A stretch of DNA of 48,369 nucleotides from an uncultured Candidatus Nitrosopelagicus sp. (GCA_937896695.1 CALBOT010000096.1:1-48369); one strand, 5' to 3'. Positions 39,814 to 48,369 are shown, counted from the first letter of the stretch. Program-made: numbers and translations. The notes: generated by a model not told the origin, from the letters alone.

Positions 39814-41076
39814 ATGCATTGGAAAGATTCGCTACCTGATTCGTATGTAAAAAAATATGGTAATCAACCATGTGTCAATATTGGTACTGCGGGTCACGTA
39901 GATCATGGGAAAACTAGTTTGATTCAGGCATTAACTGGAAAGTGGACTAGTGTACATAGTCAAGAATTGAAGAGAGGAATTACAATTCGAGTTGGCTATT
40001 CTGATGCAGCATTTTACAAATGCCCTGATTGTGAACCGCCAACAAATTATTCCACATCTCCTAAATGTCCAAATTGTAAACAAGAAGGAGAACTAAGCAG
40101 AGTTGTTAGTTTTGTTGATAGTCCTGGACATGAAAGTTTGATGGCAAACATGTTGTCAGGTTCTGCATTAATGGATGGGGCTATTTTACTAGTTGCTGCA
40201 AATGAAAAAGTTCCACAAATGCAAAGTAAGGAACATCTTTTAGCACTTCAAACATTAGGAATAAAACAAATTGTTGTGGTTCAAAACAAGGTTGATTTAA
40301 TCACATACAAAGAAGCAATGAGTAATTATTCTGATATCTCAAAATTCATCAAGGGCACAAATGCCGCAAAATCTCCTATAATCCCTGTTTCTGCGCAAGC
40401 AAATCTAAATCTGGATGCGCTCATTTATTCAATTGAAACTGAAATCAAAACACCAGAACATGATGTTAAGAAATCTCCTGTAATGCATGTCTTACGTTCA
40501 TTTGATATTAACAAACCTGGTTCAAAAATTGCAAATATCAAAGGTGGAGTAATTGGAGGAAGTTTAACTGAAGGTCAGTTTAACATTGGTGATGAAATTG
40601 AAATTAAACCTGGATTGTTAAATGAAAAGAAAAAAAATTATGAACCATTAATCACTGAAATTGTTTCTTTAGGAACCGGTGCAGGAACTGTTGATAATGT
40701 AAAACCCGGTGGTCTAGTTGCAATTGGAACAAAGCTTGATCCAAACTTAACACGAGGAGATTCATTCATTGGTTCTGTAATTGGTAAACCAGATTCATTG
40801 CCAGAAAATTCTGATGTTGCAAAATTAGAAGTTAATCTGTTTGATTCAGCAGTTGGTTCTACAGGTAATGAAAAAATTGCTCCAATCAACATGGGTGAGA
40901 TGTTACGATTAAACATTGGTACCGCTCCAATTCCTGGAAAGGTTACCAAAGTTAAAGGAAATGATATCGAAGTAACATTGAGACGTCCTGTTTGTTTATT
41001 TGAAAAAAGTAATGTCGCAATTAGTAGAAGAATCGCTGATAGATGGAGATTAATCGGTGCTGGAATAATTGGTTAA
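39814..41076 (+). CDS. eif2g: Translation initiation factor 2 gamma subunit
   Basis: GHVDHGKT, RGITI, Zn knuckle, DSPGH, NKVD and WRLIG.G. Confidence 0.98.
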   Translation: MHWKDSLPDSYVKKYGNQPCVNIGTAGHVDHGKTSLIQALTGKWTSVHSQELKRGITIRVGYSDAAFYKCPDCEPPTNYSTSPKCPNCKQEGELSRVVSFVDSPGHESLMANMLSGSALMDGAILLVAANEKVPQMQSKEHLLALQTLGIKQIVVVQNKVDLITYKEAMSNYSDISKFIKGTNAAKSPIIPVSAQANLNLDALIYSIETEIKTPEHDVKKSPVMHVLRSFDINKPGSKIANIKGGVIGGSLTEGQFNIGDEIEIKPGLLNEKKKNYEPLITEIVSLGTGAGTVDNVKPGGLVAIGTKLDPNLTRGDSFIGSVIGKPDSLPENSDVAKLEVNLFDSAVGSTGNEKIAPINMGEMLRLNIGTAPIPGKVTKVKGNDIEVTLRRPVCLFEKSNVAISRRIADRWRLIGAGIIG

Positions 41077-41437
41077 GGTAATCTCTGATACTAGTTTTCT
41101 AATTCATTTAGCCACTCATAGAATAAAAAATATTGATTCTATAGAGACTGAAATTGGTACATTATCTTTCATTATTCCTAAAATTGTAAAAAAAGAATTG
41201 GAACATCTTGTAAAGGATCCTGATAAAAAAATTATTTCAGAACAAACCTTAGATTTTATTAGAAATTTTAAAACAAATGATATTGATGGAAATACTGCCG
41301 ATGAAGCAATTCTTGATTTTATAAAAGAAAATAGAAGTATTGTAGCTACTATGGATAGAGAATTGAAAAATAAGATAAAAGAATCAGGAAGTTCTATTCT
41401 ATCAATTCATAATGATAAGATAGTACTTGAAAACTAG
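41069..41437 (+). CDS. PIN domain protein (Fcf1/Utp24-like)
   Basis: DTSFL, EL, ADEAIL and ATMDREL; conserved downstream of eif2g. Confidence 0.88.
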   Translation: MVKVISDTSFLIHLATHRIKNIDSIETEIGTLSFIIPKIVKKELEHLVKDPDKKIISEQTLDFIRNFKTNDIDGNTADEAILDFIKENRSIVATMDRELKNKIKESGSSILSIHNDKIVLEN

Positions 41438-41472
41438 AAAACTTTATTTTAAAAATAACTCTTCGAAGATAT

Positions 41473-41889
41473 ATGGAACTGATTAGTAGTGATTTTCAAG
41501 AAGGAAGTGAAATTCCAAAAAAATTTGGTTACAAGCATGAAAATGACGAACCACATGTTCAATTCGAATCCATTCCTACTGGTGCAAAAACATTAGCAAT
41601 AATTATGGATGATCCAGATGCAATGAAAGCAGTAGGAAAGGTTTGGGTTCATTGGTTAACATATCATGATGTTAATGACACAACAAAAATTGAAGGAAAA
41701 ACAGATTTTGGTGAAATTGGTTATGGCGGACCTGCACCTCCAGATGGACGTCATACCTATATTTTCAAAGGCTATGCATTAGACACCATATTAGATCTCA
41801 AAGAAGGTTATTCCAAACAGGATTTAGAAGATGCAATGAAAGGTCACATTATTGCTGAAGCCAAACTAACTGGTACTTTTGCACCATAG
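41473..41889 (+). CDS. YbhB/YbcL (PEBP) family protein
   Basis: DDPDA, WVHW, YGGPAPP and HTYIF..YALD. Confidence 0.95.
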   Translation: MELISSDFQEGSEIPKKFGYKHENDEPHVQFESIPTGAKTLAIIMDDPDAMKAVGKVWVHWLTYHDVNDTTKIEGKTDFGEIGYGGPAPPDGRHTYIFKGYALDTILDLKEGYSKQDLEDAMKGHIIAEAKLTGTFAP

Positions 41890-41928
41890 TCAATAACCTG
41901 TAAATAAGTATCAAAATTGAATTGAATT

Positions 41929-44214
41929 ATGATTTCTAATCAAAAATTATTTTCAGTAGGTAATTTTGATTTTAGATTACAACATTTGCTCGTAATTGGT
42001 GTATTGGTGTTATCTGTATCTATTTCTATGATGATTCGATCCACGCCTGTCACACATGGTTTTGAGTTATTTGAATTCGATCCATTTTTCAACTATAGGG
42101 CAACTGAGTATATCTTAGAAAATGGAACTGATGCTTATTTTAACTGGATTGATGAAAAAAGTTGGCATCCATTTGGAAGAAATGTATCTGAAACTTCACA
42201 AGTGACACTTCATCTGACCGCAGCATCACTTTATTCGATTTTTAATTTTGGTTTATCTCTTTATGATTTTACTATACTCTTGCCTTTAATTTTTGGTTCT
42301 TTAACTGCAGTTGTAGTCTTTGCATTTGTTCGTGTTTTAGGTGGAACTACTGCTGGATTATTTGCAGCATTAATCTTTTCAATTTCTGTTCCAATATTTA
42401 CTAGAGGATTAATTGGTTGGTTCAAATCTGAACCTTTAGGATTATTTTTTGCATTTTTAGCAATGTATCTTTTTGTTTCAGGATTAAAATTTAACAAAGG
42501 AAGAATTTCTTTAATAAAATTAATTTTTGCAGGATTCTTTTTATCATTAGGATTATCCGCATGGGGTGGAATCTTGTTTTTCATAATACCGATTGTTTTG
42601 TTTTATTTTTCATTACCATTCATTAAAAATAAAGATAATTTCATAATGTGGGCAGGACCATCTTTTTCAGCTTCTCTCATTGCATTCTCTCTTGTATTTG
42701 AAAGAAACTCGACATTTATTATTGGATATGCAGGATTGGCAATTCTTCTTCCAACAATTTTCATATTAGTATCTGGAATAATAATGAAATTCAGTAACAA
42801 ACGTACAAAAATTCGTAATTCTATTGTTGTATTGATTGTATTCATTGCATCTGGAATAGGAATTATGAATTCAGGTCTGCTTGGGGTGCCTTCATTTAGA
42901 TATCTTAATGCAATCAATCCTTTCTTGACTAGTCAAGATAGTTTAACTGATTCTGTTGCTGAACACACAACTACTAGTTTATCAATGTCTTTCACATTTT
43001 TATCAGTTTTTCTAATATTTGCAGTAATTGGAATGTGGTTCCTTTTCTCCAAAAAAACAATCAGTTTAAAAACTGATATGAGAATTTTTGGAATTTTAAT
43101 TAGCATTATTGCTATTTATGTTAGTTCTGCATTTGTTAGACTTGAATTGTTTGCATCTGTTGGAATAATAATTTTAGGTTCAATTGGATTGGCAATTTTG
43201 TCACAGAAGATATTTGAACAAAATGGTCAGAATTTTACTAAACTAATTTTTCCTGCAATAATAATAATTTTATTTATCATTCCTGTAACTATACCTGAAA
43301 ATAATACCTGGTTAACATGGGCTGATTTTCCACCCTCTATACTGAATGGTGGTTCATCATTTCTTCAATTCAGCTCTAATGATTGGAAAGATGCAATGAA
43401 TTGGATAAAAGAAAATACTCCTGAAGATGCTGTTATTGCATCTTGGTGGGATTATGGTTACTGGATTACCGCATTAAGTGAACGTACAACTATAACTGAT
43501 AACGCGACATTGATTGATTGGCAGATAAAAAAAATGGGTTATACCCTAATCACAAATCCTGAAAACTCTTGGCATATTCTTCATTCTGACTATACTACTG
43601 ATATTTCCACATATCTTGGTGATGATAATGTAGTTAATTTTGGCGGCACATTGGCTAAAGATTTTGATAATGAATACTTAAAAGAAAATGGAGAATCATG
43701 TAAACAAATTTTCAAAGCAGAGGCACAAAATCTTGGAATATCAGAACAAAGTTGTAATCCAATTGCTAAAGGCATGGATGCAGATTATATTTTGATATAC
43801 TTGACAGGTGAAAGATTTTACATACAAGATTCCAATATTCCATTATACACTCTCGAAGGTGGAGGAGATGAGAGTAAAAAAACATGGTTTGTTGCAATTT
43901 CTAACCATCAAATTTCCAAATATGTTCAAGATGATAATATAACACCTACTGACTACTACATGGAAAAAAGTACACTTGGATTGCTAACTCCATTTTCAAT
44001 TTTCAAATACGTTGAACCTAACACGGGTCGAACGTTTGATCAATATCGTAATGGATTTATTCCTGTGTATGTTAATGATTTGAAATTTAAAGATCCTGAA
44101 AACGATCCATTTTATTTGGTATATGCATCCCCAAGTTTCTACAGTCAAGAACAAGGAATTATGTCGGCAGTTTTGATTTACAAAATAAATCATGATTATA
44201 TTCCTCAAAACTAA
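41929..44214 (+). CDS. aglB: Oligosaccharyltransferase AglB (STT3)
   Basis: EFDPFFNYR, multi-TM, SVAEH, WWDYG and DNAT. Confidence 0.95.
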   Translation: MISNQKLFSVGNFDFRLQHLLVIGVLVLSVSISMMIRSTPVTHGFELFEFDPFFNYRATEYILENGTDAYFNWIDEKSWHPFGRNVSETSQVTLHLTAASLYSIFNFGLSLYDFTILLPLIFGSLTAVVVFAFVRVLGGTTAGLFAALIFSISVPIFTRGLIGWFKSEPLGLFFAFLAMYLFVSGLKFNKGRISLIKLIFAGFFLSLGLSAWGGILFFIIPIVLFYFSLPFIKNKDNFIMWAGPSFSASLIAFSLVFERNSTFIIGYAGLAILLPTIFILVSGIIMKFSNKRTKIRNSIVVLIVFIASGIGIMNSGLLGVPSFRYLNAINPFLTSQDSLTDSVAEHTTTSLSMSFTFLSVFLIFAVIGMWFLFSKKTISLKTDMRIFGILISIIAIYVSSAFVRLELFASVGIIILGSIGLAILSQKIFEQNGQNFTKLIFPAIIIILFIIPVTIPENNTWLTWADFPPSILNGGSSFLQFSSNDWKDAMNWIKENTPEDAVIASWWDYGYWITALSERTTITDNATLIDWQIKKMGYTLITNPENSWHILHSDYTTDISTYLGDDNVVNFGGTLAKDFDNEYLKENGESCKQIFKAEAQNLGISEQSCNPIAKGMDADYILIYLTGERFYIQDSNIPLYTLEGGGDESKKTWFVAISNHQISKYVQDDNITPTDYYMEKSTLGLLTPFSIFKYVEPNTGRTFDQYRNGFIPVYVNDLKFKDPENDPFYLVYASPSFYSQEQGIMSAVLIYKINHDYIPQN

Positions 44215-44468
44215 TGAAATTTTGTTCTAAATGCAATGACAGAATGAGTGGTGACTATTGTACCACTTGTGACAAAGACAAACTTCCTGAAAGAATAAAA
44301 TTTTCAGATTATTCAAATCAAAAATTAAACAGTTGCGATAAGGGATGTGGTGGAAAAATTTACTTTGATGAAGATTTTAAAACAGAAAAAGGAAAATTCA
44401 TACCAATTGACAGAAATACAGGCAGACCTCATAACTGTCAAAAAATAAAATATAAAAAGAAATTTTAG
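44214..44468 (+). CDS. Small two-module zinc-binding protein
   Basis: CSKC..CTTC plus CDKGC...PHNC; TAATG overlap with the aglB stop. Confidence 0.75.
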   Translation: MKFCSKCNDRMSGDYCTTCDKDKLPERIKFSDYSNQKLNSCDKGCGGKIYFDEDFKTEKGKFIPIDRNTGRPHNCQKIKYKKKF

Positions 44469-44499
44469 AAATATTTATCTAAAATTATGATAATTATCC

Positions 44500-44928
44500 T
44501 TGATGGGATTAACTGAGGCCGATGCCAAAGCTCTAGTAAATGAAGGGATTTTGTCTGCAGATTATGATGAACATGAAGAAGCAATAGAATTTTACGACAA
44601 GGCTCTAAAAATTGTAGAAACCTCAGAAACCTATCTGAACAAAGGAATTTCTCTTGTAGAACTAGAAAAATATGAAGATGCTGTAACATGTTATGATAAG
44701 GCAGCAACAATTGATACTAATGATTCTCTAATCTGGTATAACCGCGGTGTTGCACTAACGCAATTAGAAAAATATGATGATGCATTGTCAAGTTATGAAA
44801 AGGCAATTGACGTATCACCTGGTTATGCAGATGCATGGTATAACAAAGCAGAACTTTTGAAACATAAGGGTCAAGATGCAGAAGCAGAAACCTGTTTTGC
44901 TAAAGTTAAGGAATTAGAAGGAGAATAA
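44500..44928 (+). CDS. Tetratricopeptide repeat protein
   Basis: Repeats of WYNRG...YDDAL..YEKAI..P. Confidence 0.92.
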   Translation: MMGLTEADAKALVNEGILSADYDEHEEAIEFYDKALKIVETSETYLNKGISLVELEKYEDAVTCYDKAATIDTNDSLIWYNRGVALTQLEKYDDALSSYEKAIDVSPGYADAWYNKAELLKHKGQDAEAETCFAKVKELEGE

Positions 44929-46098
44929 TTGTCTTCGTCGTTTTATTATAATAGCAGCAATCATACTTACAACAACTCCAATTATTACATATACTATAGT
45001 TAAATTATTTCCAGACTCGTTAGACGTAAACTTTGTAACCTCTTCTAGTGGTGCTTCAGAGATACGAATTATCTTGTCATTGTCTCCATTTGCTGTTAGT
45101 AGATACAATACTCCATCAGGACCAATCTGTGCTGTGCGAATTCTACCAAAGTCACCTTCAAACATTTTTTCTGCACTGATTAAAGAACCATCTTTTGCAA
45201 TATCTAAAACCATCAAATGCTGTCCTCTTAAGGCTCCAACCAAAAACTTGTCTTCAAAACTAGAAATTTTATCTGAATTGTAAAACACCATTCCACTTGG
45301 TGCCCATGTTGTTTGTCCACTATGTGTGATTGGATTTACAAAACTGTCATCAGATGAATCACCTACAACTTTTGGCCAACCATAATTTTTTCCCTTTACA
45401 ATTACATTGATTTCGTCATGACCATAACCCATTTCTCCAGATGGTCCATGCTCTGATGACACAAGCAAACCATCTTCATTCCATGCAATTCCTTGTGGAT
45501 TGCGATGACCATAAGAAAAAATTGCACTTGAATCAAATGGATTGTCATCAGGTATTGTTCCATCTGGATTAATTCTTAAAATTTTTCCTGCCAGTGATGA
45601 CAAATCTTGTGACCATCCAGGATTAACTGCATCTCCTGTTGTTATGTACAGTTTTTCATCAGGACCAAATGCAATTCTCCCACCGTCATGCCATGGCGCA
45701 CCTGGTATGTCATCAATTACTGTCTGCATATCTACCAGTTTGTCTCCGTCAACTGTAAAGCTAAAAACTTTGTTTTGGAAAAATTCCAGTTCTAGATTTG
45801 TCTGATAAATGTAAATTTTCTTGTTCTCTTCAAAATTTGGATGCAAGGCAAGGCCTAACGTTCCTCCCTCATATGATCCGCTCTTTGGGAATGTTTGAAT
45901 TACTTTGGCTTCTCCAAAATTTTCAATTTTCCACACACGTCCGTCTCTTTCTGTAAAGTAAACGTCTCCGTTTGGTGCAAAAACCATTTCCCATGGGTTA
46001 TTCAACCCGTCAACTATTACATCAACATTCATTTCTCCAAATGCTGGAGCAATCAATGAAACAAATGCAATGCAAATCAACAGAACAAAACGTTTCAT
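44914..46098 (-). CDS. PQQ-dependent glucose/sorbosone dehydrogenase family, exported and C-terminally anchored
   Basis: GLNNPW, HDGGRIAFGPD, YGHRNPQG, NYGWP and GRIR. Signal peptide from MKRF at 46098. Confidence 0.92.
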   Translation of the reverse strand: MKRFVLLICIAFVSLIAPAFGEMNVDVIVDGLNNPWEMVFAPNGDVYFTERDGRVWKIENFGEAKVIQTFPKSGSYEGGTLGLALHPNFEENKKIYIYQTNLELEFFQNKVFSFTVDGDKLVDMQTVIDDIPGAPWHDGGRIAFGPDEKLYITTGDAVNPGWSQDLSSLAGKILRINPDGTIPDDNPFDSSAIFSYGHRNPQGIAWNEDGLLVSSEHGPSGEMGYGHDEINVIVKGKNYGWPKVVGDSSDDSFVNPITHSGQTTWAPSGMVFYNSDKISSFEDKFLVGALRGQHLMVLDIAKDGSLISAEKMFEGDFGRIRTAQIGPDGVLYLLTANGDNDKIIRISEAPLEEVTKFTSNESGNNLTIVYVIIGVVVSMIAAIIIKRRRQLFSF

Positions 46099-46159
46099 GA
46101 TTAAAACATGCATTTTTTGCTTAAAATCCTATGCAAATTTATAAAATTTTTCTTGCTTC

Positions 46160-46362
46160 ATAATTCGGCGTTCAAATGAACTTTATCTCATCACTATTTG
46201 AGGAAGTCAGAGAGAACCTCGTCTAATCTATAATCATCAGCAAATAGTACAACATGCATTGACTATTTAGAATCACTCATTTGTAATGAAACCCCGAAAA
46301 GGCAACAAATGTTGCCTCTTCAGGCAGAGAAATTAATCTCCTGTTGGCGTGCAAACCAATAG
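46160..46362 (-). ncRNA. Candidate structured non-coding RNA, family not recognised
   Basis: No sizeable ORF. Serial hairpins pair fully only on the minus strand through G-U pairs; C/D-like boxes in the 3' half; BRE/TATA-like element at ~46396-46383. Confidence 0.6.
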
Positions 46363-46433
46363 AAATTATCAATTTTAATTCAAACTAAAACCTTTCTGAT
46401 AACAATGAAATACTCTTTTGATTAATCATAGAC

Positions 46434-46727
46434 ATGGTGTATGCTTGGATAATTCCAATTTCATTAGTAGCAATTTTAGGAATATCTGGATATCTTGTAT
46501 ATCGATATGTGATTTTTGACATCTTGGCAAACAGCTCAATCAATAACACCTTGAAACGATACAACATCAAAAAAACACAGTTTGAGATAATCAAAGAGTT
46601 TAACGAATTGAAAGGCGAAACACTATCTGATTCGGAAATTAAACGCTTAGCAAAACATTATCGCCGAAACGAACCTGATCAATTCCTATCAATGTATGAT
46701 CATTTACGAGATAGATCAAAAAATTAA
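46434..46727 (+). CDS. Membrane-anchored hypothetical protein
   Basis: N-terminal TM; YRRNEPDQFLSMYD. Confidence 0.8.
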   Translation: MVYAWIIPISLVAILGISGYLVYRYVIFDILANSSINNTLKRYNIKKTQFEIIKEFNELKGETLSDSEIKRLAKHYRRNEPDQFLSMYDHLRDRSKN

Positions 46728-47587
46728 TCTTCTGTTGGAATATTTATGAAAGGAGTTCCACCTTCGCCAACTACTAGTGGTAGTTTTCCATCCCATGCTT
46801 GTGTCTTTAACCACTCAATGTAGTATGGATTGTTTGCAAGTGCTTCGTTGATGATACGAATGGCTTCTGCCTCACCTTCTGCCTCTGCAATGTTACCCTT
46901 TGCAGTTCCTTGCGCTCTGGCTTCAAACTGTTCTGCTTCTACTTGAATACGTCTCAAGTCATTTTCTGCTTTGAGTGCTTTTTGTTCTGCTTCTACTTTG
47001 GCTTCAATTGCTTGTGCAAAGAGTGGTGAGAATTGAAAGTCTGTAATTGATACAATTTCAGTTGTAATGTTAAAATCATTAAGACGCTCGCCAATTTCTA
47101 CTTCAATGTCTGCTTTTACTTGTGGTCTCTTTGTGATTAATTCTTCAGCGTTATAGTTTGCAGTTACCTGTTTTACAACTTCTTCTACAGTTGGTTGAAT
47201 AACACGATTCTCATAGTCTAAACCAACCTCTTTGTATAGATAGTTAACAGAGTTTGGACTTGGATGATAGTTTACTGTAATTTCAGTTGAGACTGTCTGC
47301 AAGTCTTGTGATGCCGACGTTGTCGACTTTGTATACTTTAAGGTACGAACTTCAAGTGGAATTACTGAATCCTGGAACGGAACTATAAAGTGCAACCCTT
47401 CTTCAAGTGGTGGTTGTGTTACATCTACTGCATTCCAGTGTAGCAAAACGCCTCTGTATCCTGCGTCTACAATTGATACTGCAGAGCCTATTACTACGCC
47501 TATAATGATTAACACAAGAATTCCTATTACCACTCCCTTTGCCTTTCCAACGTTTACTTGGACTGGTCTATTTTGATATTTTGACAA
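46724..47587 (-). CDS. Prohibitin / SPFH (band 7) family protein
   Basis: EGLHFIVPF, SQDLQ, AEELITKR, AIEAKVEAEQ and WDGKLP. Confidence 0.95.
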   Translation of the reverse strand: MSKYQNRPVQVNVGKAKGVVIGILVLIIIGVVIGSAVSIVDAGYRGVLLHWNAVDVTQPPLEEGLHFIVPFQDSVIPLEVRTLKYTKSTTSASQDLQTVSTEITVNYHPSPNSVNYLYKEVGLDYENRVIQPTVEEVVKQVTANYNAEELITKRPQVKADIEVEIGERLNDFNITTEIVSITDFQFSPLFAQAIEAKVEAEQKALKAENDLRRIQVEAEQFEARAQGTAKGNIAEAEGEAEAIRIINEALANNPYYIEWLKTQAWDGKLPLVVGEGGTPFINIPTED

Positions 47588-47679
47588 TGTTTCAATTATG
47601 ATTTTACACTAAATATAGTATGCGCAAAAAACACGCACATACCAGAAATTCTTAATTTAAGTACGAGATATTCAATGAT

Positions 47680-47898
47680 ATGTTCTGTCAAAAATGTGGC
47701 ATAAAGATTGTCGAACACGGAGGAGAATATTGCACAGCATGCAGCACCCCTTCAAAAAAGACTCTATCATGGTGGAATAATCTCTCATTGCCAAAGAAAA
47801 TCCTAATTGGCTTTGGTGTGGGCTTTGGAGGCTTTCAGGTGGTAAATTTTATCATAGCCTATCTGATGGAACTGACTGCCAACATTAGCGGAACCTGA
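47680..47898 (+). CDS. Zinc-ribbon plus transmembrane microprotein
   Basis: MFCQKCG...YCTAC followed by a hydrophobic helix. Confidence 0.75.
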   Translation: MFCQKCGIKIVEHGGEYCTACSTPSKKTLSWWNNLSLPKKILIGFGVGFGGFQVVNFIIAYLMELTANISGT

Positions 47899-47919
47899 TT
47901 AAAACTAAAATACGATTAT

Positions 47920-48025
47920 CACTTATTGGAATTACTGTCTTCGTCAGTCAGCGGTCTATGGTAGACCGTTGTGGTTACGGAGATGGTGAGTAGCTTTGAA
48001 AAAAGTGAAAGCCGTTTCCATCTTT
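47920..48025 (+). ncRNA. Candidate structured RNA element (sRNA or 3' UTR)
   Basis: Long G-U-rich hairpin at 47932-47989 on the plus strand, plus alternative pairings with 48012-48025. Confidence 0.45.
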
Positions 48026-48052
48026 AAATTATTTGATTTTCTAGAGTAAATT

Positions 48053-48369
48053 ATGATGAAAATCTTGATCTTACTCATAATTGGATCAGTTATGGTGATT
48101 GGTGCCCAAAATGCATATTCAACTCACGTCTCCCAACCAATCCTAACAATTGATGAAAATTTTGTATATTCTGTTGGAGATGATCTTTCCATAACGGGAT
48201 GGGTTGAATATGATGATGCAGCAACATCTGATGTCTTGTTAAGTGTAAAAATTTCAAATCCAAATGGAAAAGTCGTATCTGATTTCTTTTTGACCAGCGA
48301 TTCATCTGGAAAGTTTGAGTTTCCATTTGAGTTGTCTGATGATGATGCTTCAGGTGATTATTTGGTCAA
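48053..48369 (+). CDS. Exported Ig/MG2-like domain protein (3' end truncated by window edge)
   Basis: Not in ORF track. MMKILILLIIGSVMVIGAQNAYSTHVSQPILTIDENFVYSVGDDLSITGWVEY...SNPNGKVV...DSSGKFEFPF has a signal peptide; TTTAAA lies ~25 nt upstream. Confidence 0.85.
   Translation, partial: MMKILILLIIGSVMVIGAQNAYSTHVSQPILTIDENFVYSVGDDLSITGWVEYDDAATSDVLLSVKISNPNGKVVSDFFLTSDSSGKFEFPFELSDDDASGDYLV

Noticed and set aside
46292-46324. Hammerhead-like CUGAAGA followed by a stem on the minus strand
   Set aside because: The stem is followed by UUUUCG rather than GAAA, so the catalytic core is incomplete.
46204-46330. Glycine-riboswitch-like (AGAGAGAACC..CCGAA..GCAA..CTTCAGG) and B12-box-like (AAGTCAG..ACCT) words on the plus strand
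   Set aside because: Spacing and the required helices do not fit. The words are explained by the minus-strand hairpins.
46199-46370. Plus-strand GAGGAAGTC...GTGCAAACCAATAG resembling RNase P RNA conserved regions
   Set aside because: No P4-completing 3' CR-V sequence was found, and the G-U asymmetry of the stems favours the minus strand. A cmscan would be decisive.
47890-47990. TPP-riboswitch-like GAACCTGAT and fluoride-riboswitch-like GGAGATGG
   Set aside because: The remaining conserved elements (CUGAGA and UAAU..AGCGUAGG for TPP; CAUUCCUCC and the pseudoknot for fluoride) are absent.
48090-48326. 78-aa minus-strand ORF
   Set aside because: Antisense shadow of the signal-peptide gene starting at 48053.
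1-48369. CRISPR/TIGR-like arrays, transposases, defence systems
   Set aside because: No regularly spaced repeat array or recognisable mobile or defence protein was seen by eye. The many other antisense ORFs in the track overlap well-supported genes.

Overview
AT-rich, gene-dense chromosomal segment of an ammonia-oxidising archaeon (Nitrososphaerota/Thaumarchaeota, Nitrosopumilales-like; inferred from gene content and protein style, not from a search). It is mostly core genes: rpoL-tfs-pcn, aspartate kinase, TyrRS, psmB-aCPSF1, egsA, sepF, the archaeal CoA cluster (pok-pps-panB-coaBC), aIF2-gamma, aglB, the cobalamin genes cbiH/cobJ and bluB, and tRNA-Arg(CCT) and tRNA-Val(GAC). I saw no CRISPR array, integrase or transposase. 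The most interesting unexplained signals are as follows. (1) A ~200-nt intergenic minus-strand element (~46160-46362) with a candidate promoter, serial G-U-containing hairpins, mutually exclusive stems and box C/D-like motifs; it is a candidate undescribed ncRNA. (2) A second switch-like structured element at ~47920-48025. (3) Several small proteins missed by the ORF track: a tandem pair of paralogous 50-aa proteins, a 39-aa metallothionein-like peptide and two Zn-finger-like microproteins. (4) A duplicated CxxC-x17-CxxC protein with an RGG/FG-rich linker. (5) A kynB-like/Lrp/PLP-lyase trio. All RNA structures were paired by eye and product calls rest on motif recognition.
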